Origin: a virus
Virus record (IMG/VR): IMGVR_UViG_3300016469_000571
Span: 30,556-94,555 of that record
Reading direction: 5' to 3' (one strand)
DNA length: 64,000 nucleotides
The notes beneath the pieces are model-generated. The model did no database searches, had not been told where the DNA came from, and was given only the letters and a program-made list of their open reading frames with translations. Positions 9,414 through 17,202 of the stretch are shown piece after piece (the first letter of the stretch is position 1; every line of letters starts with the position of its first letter). A program made the position numbers and the translations under genes.

Positions 9414-10394
9414 TTACACTGAAACTATCTCATCATTTTCTGTTAGTTCATCAACTCTTTTCCAAATCTCTCCATTTGTAGATTTTACTAACAATAAATG
9501 ATTATTTGTAAATTTATATTTTTTACCATCTTCAAATTCTATTTCTATTACATCTTTGTATCCATTATAATGAATACCTGGAGATTTTTTTAGCCCATCT
9601 TTTGTTTGTACAAATACATCTTTTTCAAATGGAATTGTCATTTGCTGATCTATTTGTTCTATTCTTTTCCAATCTATATTTTGTTGATCCATTAAAGAAT
9701 ATAAGGAAATTGGATTAAAATTAGCATCTAATATTTCATTTTCTCCAGATTGGCAAGATGCTGTCGGCATTGGGGCTAATAATAAGCTATTTCTTAATCC
9801 ATTTTCTTTTATTTTTTGTTTTAGTGAATCCCAATTGTACATTTCTGGTTCTACTCCCCACATATCAAATTGTAATATTCCTTGAGATGCAGGGCTTCCA
9901 TCAAAAGTCTCATATTTTCCATTTTTTATAGCCAAATCACAAGATGTGTTTAGGGCACTAAAATATATTGTTTCAAATATATTTTTATTTAATTCTTTTG
10001 CATTATCAGAATCAAATGGAAATTTCATTTTTGCAAAAACATCTGCTAATCCTTGAACTCCTAAACCAATTGGTCTATGTCTAAAATTAGATTTTTTTGC
10101 GGCTTCTGTTGGATAAAATCCAATATCTATTACTTTATTTAAATTTTCAACTAGTATTTTTGTTATTTCAGATAGTTTATTGAAATTAAAATATAAATTA
10201 CCTTTCTTTCCAGAAAGGCAAGAAGGTAAAGATATTGACGCTAATGTACATACGGCAGTTTCATCTGGAGTGGATACTTCAAAAATTTCAGTACAATTAT
10301 GAACTAAAATATCATTTGCAAAAAAATTTGCAGATTCTTCGATAGTAAAATCATATACAGGTATTTCTTCTTCTAAAAATTCTATTTCTAACAT
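9414..10394 (-). CDS. nrdA: RNR class Ia alpha, part 2: intein C half 1, middle extein, intein N half 2
   Basis: ...ILVHN|CTEIFE..AVCTLAS..RPIGLGVQGLAD..GLRNSLLLAPMPTAS|CQSG...FTNNH...WKRVDEL. Confidence 0.93.
   Translation of the reverse strand: MLEIEFLEEEIPVYDFTIEESANFFANDILVHNCTEIFEVSTPDETAVCTLASISLPSCLSGKKGNLYFNFNKLSEITKILVENLNKVIDIGFYPTEAAKKSNFRHRPIGLGVQGLADVFAKMKFPFDSDNAKELNKNIFETIYFSALNTSCDLAIKNGKYETFDGSPASQGILQFDMWGVEPEMYNWDSLKQKIKENGLRNSLLLAPMPTASCQSGENEILDANFNPISLYSLMDQQNIDWKRIEQIDQQMTIPFEKDVFVQTKDGLKKSPGIHYNGYKDVIEIEFEDGKKYKFTNNHLLLVKSTNGEIWKRVDELTENDEIVSV
9417..9755 (-). mobile_element. Split intein 2, N-terminal half (113 aa)
   Basis: Cys1 after PTAS; block B TxxH (FTNNH); ends at a stop after ELTENDEIV. 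Confidence 0.9.
10296..10394 (-). mobile_element. Split intein 1, C-terminal half (33 aa)
   Basis: VYDFTIE..NFFANDILVHN followed by Cys+1; GAGGA RBS before the ATG. Confidence 0.9.
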
Positions 10395-10448
10395 TAATCC
10401 TCGTAAATATAATTTATTTTTATGTCACTTTGTTTATAATGGCTCAAA

Positions 10449-12038
10449 TCATGATAAAAGTAACACATCATCCTTATTTAAATATTGAGCCTCTACATAA
10501 CCTCTATTTTTTGTATAGATTTTATGATCTGGGGTACATTTTAATTCTTTCCCATTGTATTTTATTTTAATAACTTTAGATTTCTCACTTGTTAAGCAAG
10601 ATTTTAATATTTTATTAAATTTTAGCTCATTTGTATTTTCATTACAACTTAATATATATAAGTCTTGTGTTTTTAATAAATCATTTACCTCTTTCATTGA
10701 AAGAGTATACTCTTCCAAATCATTTGGATTTTTCTTTACTCTAACCATTGCATTTCCATCAATACATAAATTCGAGCTTTTAATTATTCCAATATTTTTT
10801 TGATTTGATTTTATATTTCCAGAGTCTTTTGCTAATAAATATGGCTGACCAGTTTCAATACATGATTCTAATATTTTAGACCAAATATCTCTTGCTTTTA
10901 CTTTTTTTACAAATTTATTTTCATTTTCATATTTTGTATATAATTTTTCAAAATCCTCTCCATATACATCAGATAAGCCTTTTGAAATATTAGGGTCCAT
11001 CAAAGACCAATCATCATCACTCTCTACTCTTTTAAAGAATAAATCAGGAGCCCAAATAGCTAGATTTAAATCTCTAGCCCTTAACTCTTCCTTACCATTA
11101 TTTTTTCTTAAATCTAAGAAATCCTCTATATCACAATGCCAAGGCTCTAAATATGCAGCAAATGCGCCTGGTCTTTTACCACCTTGATTAACATACCTAG
11201 CAGTCTCATTATATACTTTAAGCATTGGAATAATACCATTACTTGATCCACCAGTACCATATATATGGCTGCCTTTTGATCTAACATCGTGAATATGAAA
11301 ACCAATTCCGCCAGATGATTTTGATATCTTCGCAACTTCTTTTAAAGTATCAAAAATACCAGATATAGAATCTTCTTTATTTGCTATTAAATAGCATGAG
11401 TTTAATTGATTTTGAACAGTACCAGCATTGAACAATGTTGGTGTCGCATGAGTTGCTTCCAATTTTGACAATAAATTATATGTATTTAAGCAAGCATCAA
11501 TATCATCAAAATGAATACCACAAGCCACCCTCATCCACAAATGTTGAGGTCTCTCAACTATTTTATTGTCAATTTTTTGTAAATAACTTTTTTGTAAAGT
11601 TTTAAAACCAAAGTAATCAAACAAAAAATCTCTATTGTAATCAATAGCACTATCCAAAACATGAGAGTGCTTTTTAACAAATTTAATTACATCATTAGAA
11701 ATGAACTGTATTTTATTTCCATGAATATCTTGTTTATATGATAGCTTTTCAATTACATTTGAAAATGTACTATCTGTGTCTTTATGCAATCTAGTTATCT
11801 CTAATCTTAAATCTAGCTTATCATATTCTGGATTTTTTATTGACATAGAATATGCAGTTTCTATTGCTAGAGAATCTAACTCTATTGTAGTAACACCATC
11901 AAATAAACCACCAATGACTTTTTGAGAAATATAATAAGCATCAACGTTTTTTAAATCTTTTGATTGTCTTTGAATTCTTTTTAAAATCTTATCAAATTTT
12001 ACAGTTTCTTTTTGTCCATTTCTTTTAACAACAAACAT
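10449..12038 (-). CDS. nrdA: RNR class Ia alpha, part 1: ATP cone, N-terminal extein and intein N half 1
   Basis: MFVVKRNG ATP cone, ERPQH, ATPTLFNAG, QLNSCYL, GGIG, QGGKRPGA, ETGQPY, SSNL|CIDG. Confidence 0.95.
   Translation of the reverse strand: MFVVKRNGQKETVKFDKILKRIQRQSKDLKNVDAYYISQKVIGGLFDGVTTIELDSLAIETAYSMSIKNPEYDKLDLRLEITRLHKDTDSTFSNVIEKLSYKQDIHGNKIQFISNDVIKFVKKHSHVLDSAIDYNRDFLFDYFGFKTLQKSYLQKIDNKIVERPQHLWMRVACGIHFDDIDACLNTYNLLSKLEATHATPTLFNAGTVQNQLNSCYLIANKEDSISGIFDTLKEVAKISKSSGGIGFHIHDVRSKGSHIYGTGGSSNGIIPMLKVYNETARYVNQGGKRPGAFAAYLEPWHCDIEDFLDLRKNNGKEELRARDLNLAIWAPDLFFKRVESDDDWSLMDPNISKGLSDVYGEDFEKLYTKYENENKFVKKVKARDIWSKILESCIETGQPYLLAKDSGNIKSNQKNIGIIKSSNLCIDGNAMVRVKKNPNDLEEYTLSMKEVNDLLKTQDLYILSCNENTNELKFNKILKSCLTSEKSKVIKIKYNGKELKCTPDHKIYTKNRGYVEAQYLNKDDVLLLS
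10452..10766 (-). mobile_element. Split intein 1, N-terminal half (105 aa)
   Basis: Cys1 after SSNL; CTPDH block B; RGYVEAQYLNKDD; then TGA. Confidence 0.9.
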
Positions 12039-12047
12039 TTTTTCTCC

Positions 12048-13013
12048 TTAAAAATCTTCATCAAATTTAATTTTATTAGATTCTGCTGTTTTTCCTACAG
12101 ATGCTTTTTGATATTCAATAACTCTTTTTTCAAAGAAATTGCTTTTTGATTTCAAAGCAATCAACTCCATAAAATCAAATGGATTTTTTTCATTATATAT
12201 TTTAGAACAACCAAGCATTTGGCTCAATCTATCTGCACAAAATCTAACATAACATTTCATATCTTTTGAGTTCATTCCTATTAATTCAACTGGTAGTGAA
12301 TCCGAACAGAACTCTTCTTCAATAGCAACAGCTTCTTTTATTATTTGGTGTATTTTTTCTTCGCTTACTTTTTCATTTGAAATTGAATGCAATAAACAAG
12401 CAAACTCACAATGTTGTCCTTCATCAGTTGATATTGCTTCATTGCTGAAAGCAAGACCAGGCATCAATCCTCTTTTTTTCAACCAATAAATAGAACAAAA
12501 TGAAGAAGAGAAGAAAATACCCTCAACAGCAGCAAATGCAACTAATCTTTCTTCAAAAGAAGCGTTTGAATCTATCCATTTTAAAGCCCACTCAGCTTTC
12601 TTTTTTACAACTGGGATTGTTTCTATTGCATTTAGTAATTTACTTTTTTCTTCATTATTTTTAATATATGTATCAATTAATAAAGAATAAACTTCTGAGT
12701 GAATTCCTTCGATCATTAACTGATAACCATAAAATATTCTAGCTTCAGGTATTCCAACATCGTTGTAAAATCTCATTGCTAAATTTTCTCCAACAATACC
12801 GTCTGAAGCCGCAAAAAAAGCCAACACATTTGAAATAAAATGCTTTTCATTGTTTGTTAATTTGTTCCAATCATCTAAATCTCTAGACAAATCAACTTCT
12901 TCTGCCGTCCAAAAAGCAGCCTCGGCTTCTTTATAGGCTTTCCATATATTATTATACTTAATTGGAAATAAAACAAATCTTGAGTTATTTTTTTCTGTTA
13001 AATTGCTCATCAT
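12048..13013 (-). CDS. nrdB: RNR class Ia beta subunit
   Basis: [23 protein letters not shown] (radical Tyr), VEGIFF, DEGQH, NFFEKRV.EY. Confidence 0.96.
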   Translation of the reverse strand: MMSNLTEKNNSRFVLFPIKYNNIWKAYKEAEAAFWTAEEVDLSRDLDDWNKLTNNEKHFISNVLAFFAASDGIVGENLAMRFYNDVGIPEARIFYGYQLMIEGIHSEVYSLLIDTYIKNNEEKSKLLNAIETIPVVKKKAEWALKWIDSNASFEERLVAFAAVEGIFFSSSFCSIYWLKKRGLMPGLAFSNEAISTDEGQHCEFACLLHSISNEKVSEEKIHQIIKEAVAIEEEFCSDSLPVELIGMNSKDMKCYVRFCADRLSQMLGCSKIYNEKNPFDFMELIALKSKSNFFEKRVIEYQKASVGKTAESNKIKFDEDF

Positions 13014-13027
13014 CCTCTAAAATAAAA

Positions 13028-13066
13028 AATCTATCTTGATAGTACTTTTACTACAAAATAGATTTC
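13028..13066. promoter_or_regulatory. Imperfect stem-loop upstream of nrdB
   Basis: AAATCTAT-c-TTG-a-TAGTA-cttt-TACTA-CAA-a-ATAGATTT. Confidence 0.4.
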
Positions 13067-13102
13067 ATGGTTAATTTATATTTCAATATTACTAATTGAT
13101 AT

Positions 13103-13717
13103 TTATCGCATTTTTTTTAATAAAGATTTAATTTTTGTATTAATTTCTGATTTTTTTAATCCTGTTTTTTTGCTATACTCTTCTATAGTAATTTTATCTT
13201 TATTTATGCCAAATAAAGATTCTATCATATCCCTATCTTGTTCATTTAATTTATTTATTTTTTTATTAACTATTCCTTCTTCTGTTTTTCTAACAAAAGA
13301 AATTTCTGGATTGAATGAATTATCTTCTGCATTGAGAGGTATCTTGTCCATTTTTGGTGGAGATTTTTTTGCAACAACTAATGGAATTCTAACTGTAGAA
13401 TATGCATTGGCAGATCTATAAATTCTTGTATCTATATATTTGTGCAACCACCAAAAAATAGAACCTTTTGATTTATCAAAATTTTTTAATCCCATGACTA
13501 AAGCTTCATATCCATCTTGATTTAAATCATCATAATTTGAAAACTTTTTATATGCAGTTGTTTTTGAAAAAACCAAATATTTGAATTTTTCAACTAAAAT
13601 ATTTTCATGCTTTATTAGCTCTAATTTATCTTTTTTAGATTTTGAGCCATTGTATTTTTCTTTTAATTCAATAAATTTTAATGCTAGTTCTTGCGCTTCT
13701 TGCTCTGATATTGACAT
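13103..13717 (-). CDS. Sigma-70 family RNA polymerase sigma factor
   Basis: Region 2 (DDLNQDG..ALV.GLKNFDKSKG.IFWW...I), VRIP, and region 4-like LNEQDRDMIESLFG...TIEE. Confidence 0.85.
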   Translation of the reverse strand: MSISEQEAQELALKFIELKEKYNGSKSKKDKLELIKHENILVEKFKYLVFSKTTAYKKFSNYDDLNQDGYEALVMGLKNFDKSKGSIFWWLHKYIDTRIYRSANAYSTVRIPLVVAKKSPPKMDKIPLNAEDNSFNPEISFVRKTEEGIVNKKINKLNEQDRDMIESLFGINKDKITIEEYSKKTGLKKSEINTKIKSLLKKMR

Positions 13718-13724
13718 AACCCTC

Positions 13725-13910
13725 TTAGCTATAATTTGTTGACGCCCAACCGCCTCCTTTTAGTATAAACCCTCCTCCCTTGCTAATCAACCTCTCTACA
13801 TTTGTTTTTAAATTATCCTTCTCACATTCTGGGCAAAACTCTAGCTTTTCAGAAATTTTATGTTCGACTTCAAATACCCCATGAATTGGACATTTATATT
13901 CGTAAATCAT
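13725..13910 (-). CDS. FmdB-family zinc ribbon protein
   Basis: YEYKC..HG.FE...CPEC...RLIS...F.LKGGGW. Confidence 0.85.
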   Translation of the reverse strand: MIYEYKCPIHGVFEVEHKISEKLEFCPECEKDNLKTNVERLISKGGGFILKGGGWASTNYS

Positions 13911-14236
13911 TTACTTCTCCTAAACATATTTCCAAAATCTCTTTTAATCTTTTCTTTTGTCGCTACGTTTTCTTGGAACTTCTTTTCTCCAACAAGATTT
14001 GCCAAATAATTTTCATTTTTTGAAGCCTGCTGTTTCATTTTATTTACTTCATCTTTTATTTTTTCTTTAAACTCTTCTGGATTTAACTCCATTCTTGCCC
14101 CACCTTCACAATTAATTAATCTTCTTACAGCCTCAGCACCACATGAAGGGCAATTTTTAGGAGGATTATCTTTTATTGAATATTCAGCTTCCCACTCATG
14201 ATTGCACGCATCGCATTTATGTAAATATGTTATCAT
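13907..14236 (-). CDS. FmdB-family zinc ribbon protein with helical tail
   Basis: CDAC...CPSCG...RRLI; ATGA overlap with the next gene. Confidence 0.8.
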   Translation of the reverse strand: MITYLHKCDACNHEWEAEYSIKDNPPKNCPSCGAEAVRRLINCEGGARMELNPEEFKEKIKDEVNKMKQQASKNENYLANLVGEKKFQENVATKEKIKRDFGNMFRRSK

Positions 14237-14248
14237 CTATCTCCTTAA

Positions 14249-15643
14249 TTAAAATCCTTGCAATTCTTCCATATATCCTGATAAATCATTTGCATCTATA
14301 AATGTTTCATCTTCTAGTTCCATTTTATTATCAAATAATCCACCACATTTAAAATCTTTAATCAAAGAACCTTTTCCTAATTCTCCTTCTCGATTTTTAA
14401 TAATATAATACTCCATATCAGGGTATTGCTGTTCATTTTGTCTTGTATGAATTTGTATAGCTATATTGGCATTTGTTACAATTAAGCTTGATCTTCCAAT
14501 TCGATGCATACCTATTTTTTCTTCTGTGTCTTTTGTTGGCTTCATTCTATTTAACTGTACTGCACTCAATACTATTACTTTATGTACTCGACCAAATTCA
14601 TGAACAGCAGCAGATATGTGACCTAGCTTTAACCAATCATCTAACCCTTTATCATTTTCATAATCCATTAGACCTAAATAATCTATAGATACAATTTTAG
14701 GCAAGAAATAATTCTTTGTCTCTTCATAGATACTTTCTATTACTTCTATAGTAACTCCTCTAGGAGCATCAATTATTTCAAATTGATAAGGGTAGTTTTT
14801 AATAAAATCTAAAGCTTTTTTTACTCTTTGCTGCTCTTCTTTATTTAAAGTAGCTTTTTTAAGTTTATTTGATTCGACTCTTGCTAATCTAGCCAATACT
14901 CTTTGAAAACAAGCTTCAAAAGGCATTTCTAATGAAAAATATAATACATTATGACCAGTTGTAAACTGCGATGGATCTGTATCTATTGAATTATTTTGTA
15001 ACCACATTTGTATAGACAAATTCATTAAATACATTGATTTACCAGAATTTGACTCTCCACAAATTAATACAAACTCACCATCTTGCAATCCATTTGTCTT
15101 TTCATCAAAAGATGAATATCCTGTTTTTACACCATCTTCAAATTCTTTACCATTTTTTCTTGCTTCAAGCTTAGAATTATATTTTTCCGTAAATAAACTA
15201 ATTGCATCTTTTAATGTTCTTTTTTCAAAAGACTTTTTTCTATTTATATTATTAATATCAGAAATAGTATTTTTTATCTTTGGTAACAAAGATAATAAAT
15301 CTTCAGAAGAAGATAAATCATCTTTTAAATTAGAAATTTTATTTAATGCAAATCTATTTTTTAATTCATTTAAATCATGCTTAAATTCTTTTTCTGAAAA
15401 AGAAATTTTTTCTAACTCATTCCAATTATTTTCTATAGTTTCTAAAAGTTTTTGATTTTTTGTTTTTTCTTTTAAAACCCTTAAAGTAGGAACATCTTTG
15501 TTAATAGAAATATATTTAATTACTGTTTGAGCAAATGCAAAATATTTTTGTTCAAAGAAATTTGCATTGCACTCATAAACAAAATCTTGAGCTAATTTTT
15601 TATCTGTACAAATTGCTTTTAAAATTCTTAAATCTAAATTCAT
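14249..15643 (-). CDS. dnaB: Replicative DnaB-like helicase
   Basis: TGY..FD..TNG, GESNSGKS, FSLEM, IDYLGLM, QLNR, KNREG. Confidence 0.92.
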   Translation of the reverse strand: MNLDLRILKAICTDKKLAQDFVYECNANFFEQKYFAFAQTVIKYISINKDVPTLRVLKEKTKNQKLLETIENNWNELEKISFSEKEFKHDLNELKNRFALNKISNLKDDLSSSEDLLSLLPKIKNTISDINNINRKKSFEKRTLKDAISLFTEKYNSKLEARKNGKEFEDGVKTGYSSFDEKTNGLQDGEFVLICGESNSGKSMYLMNLSIQMWLQNNSIDTDPSQFTTGHNVLYFSLEMPFEACFQRVLARLARVESNKLKKATLNKEEQQRVKKALDFIKNYPYQFEIIDAPRGVTIEVIESIYEETKNYFLPKIVSIDYLGLMDYENDKGLDDWLKLGHISAAVHEFGRVHKVIVLSAVQLNRMKPTKDTEEKIGMHRIGRSSLIVTNANIAIQIHTRQNEQQYPDMEYYIIKNREGELGKGSLIKDFKCGGLFDNKMELEDETFIDANDLSGYMEELQGF

Positions 15644-16332
15644 TTACCTCTAAAATCTTTTCCAAATACAGTTATAGACTCTAAATATCCAGAAAATAAA
15701 GAACCTAAACTTTCTTTTAATTGACCACTAAATATATTTAACACATTAGGACTATTTGTTGCCATCAATGTAGGTAATTTATTTTGTGACCTAGTTCTAA
15801 ATATATTTTCTAAAACCCTAGCATATAAATCACTAGCATTTTCAGAAGCCATAAATCTTCCATCAAATTCATCAATTACAAGAAAATCTACAGTATTTAA
15901 TTCTTTCTTAATCAAGAACTTTTCTTCATTGTTTGAAGAAAATACAGATACCAAATCACTTAATGTAGTATAAAGACAACTATAATCTTTTAAACATGCA
16001 ACTTTTAAAATATTAACTAATGTAGTCGTTTTTAAAGTACCATGTTTTCCACAAAGACAAAAAGATTTCCCATTAATATAAGAACTTCTTAAGTCTTTTG
16101 TATATTCTTCAAAAGTTTTTAGTAAAACTTTATCACCAGGAAAATCTTTCATCCAAATATCCCAATATTCAACTGGAATATTTGCCTCATAATACCTATT
16201 TAAAGAGGTAATCTTAACTACTTTTAATTTACTATCTATAGAGCTTTCATTTATTTCTTGTATTTTTATGTCTAACTTTTTTATCGGTATGTTGTTTAGA
16301 GACTTTGAATGCTGAAAAGTTTGGTAATCCAT
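15640..16332 (-). CDS. DnaC/IstB-like helicase loader ATPase
   Basis: ANIP..Y, GKHGTLKT (variant Walker A), DFLVIDE, R.QNKLPT..ATN, GKDFR; adjacent to dnaB. Confidence 0.8.
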   Translation of the reverse strand: MDYQTFQHSKSLNNIPIKKLDIKIQEINESSIDSKLKVVKITSLNRYYEANIPVEYWDIWMKDFPGDKVLLKTFEEYTKDLRSSYINGKSFCLCGKHGTLKTTTLVNILKVACLKDYSCLYTTLSDLVSVFSSNNEEKFLIKKELNTVDFLVIDEFDGRFMASENASDLYARVLENIFRTRSQNKLPTLMATNSPNVLNIFSGQLKESLGSLFSGYLESITVFGKDFRGK

Positions 16333-16660
16333 AATTATTCTCTATTTTAGGTTTTAAATTTTTAAATAAGTTATTTTTTTCTTCTTGAGCTTCTTTTATT
16401 TTCTCATCTACAATTTTCTTTGTACTTTCAAAAAGTATATCTTCGCTTTCAATAAGCGGCTCTTCTTCACCAAAGGAAATTGAAAAATCATCAGATTCAA
16501 TTTCTGAATCTGTACTTTTTTGATCTTTAATATTCTCAATATATAAAATTTCTGATTGGTTTATATTATCTACTATATTTCCATTTTTTAATTTAATAGA
16601 AAATAAACCAACAAATTCGCCCTCTATAAAGAGGGCGTTTTTAAAAACTATTTTTATCAT
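16247..16660 (-). CDS. Hypothetical protein
   Basis: 137-aa ORF; ATGA overlap with the upstream gene. Confidence 0.65.
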   Translation of the reverse strand: MIKIVFKNALFIEGEFVGLFSIKLKNGNIVDNINQSEILYIENIKDQKSTDSEIESDDFSISFGEEEPLIESEDILFESTKKIVDEKIKEAQEEKNNLFKNLKPKIENNYGLPNFSAFKVSKQHTDKKVRHKNTRNK

Positions 16661-17202
16661 ACAACCCTTGACAAAAATGATAAATCAAGATTTAATAACT
16701 TTATTTTTTCACAGTCGCTAGACTGTGACTGCATCATAAAGGCTAAATCACCATATGTCAAAATATTTTCATTTATAGTTTTAATTTTATTTATTAATTT
16801 TTCTGGTAATCTAGTAGCTCTATCTATTGTAGATAGTGTTTGATTTCTTAAATGTCTTGTTTTAAAATCTTTTAAAGAATACTCATTTGTTAAAAAACTA
16901 ATTGATGTCAATCTTCTTTTAGATTTTTTAACTTTGTTTTCAAAAATCCAATCAATATAATCTTTAAGAATAATTGGATCAGATGATAAGTTTATACATA
17001 ACTTATTTATTTGAAAAACTTCAAAAGATTTAGATGGCTGTGGTGCATTGAACTTAAATTCATATTCAATATTATATTGGTCTTTGTACTTTTTACAAAA
17101 ATAAGCCAATACACCTGTTTTTGACCAATTCTTACAATCAGTATTTTCTATCTCTATAAATTTTTCAAAAAACTTTTCATAATTTAAATTTGGAGCTTTC
17201 AT
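16657..17202 (-). CDS. Hypothetical protein in the replication cluster
   Basis: 181-aa ORF with ATGA overlaps on both sides. Confidence 0.7.
   Translation of the reverse strand: MKAPNLNYEKFFEKFIEIENTDCKNWSKTGVLAYFCKKYKDQYNIEYEFKFNAPQPSKSFEVFQINKLCINLSSDPIILKDYIDWIFENKVKKSKRRLTSISFLTNEYSLKDFKTRHLRNQTLSTIDRATRLPEKLINKIKTINENILTYGDLAFMMQSQSSDCEKIKLLNLDLSFLSRVV

Noticed and set aside
10395-10451. Stop-codon recoding, translational bypass or an intron joining nrdA parts 1 and 2
   Set aside because: The gap has in-frame TGA, TAA and TGA, no matching TCA landing codon, and is too short for a group I intron. An SD and complete split-intein motifs explain it better.
16020-16060. DnaC-like Walker A variant GKHGTLKT as evidence of inactivation
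   Set aside because: The catalytic Lys-Thr and Walker B are retained; a single substitution is not enough.
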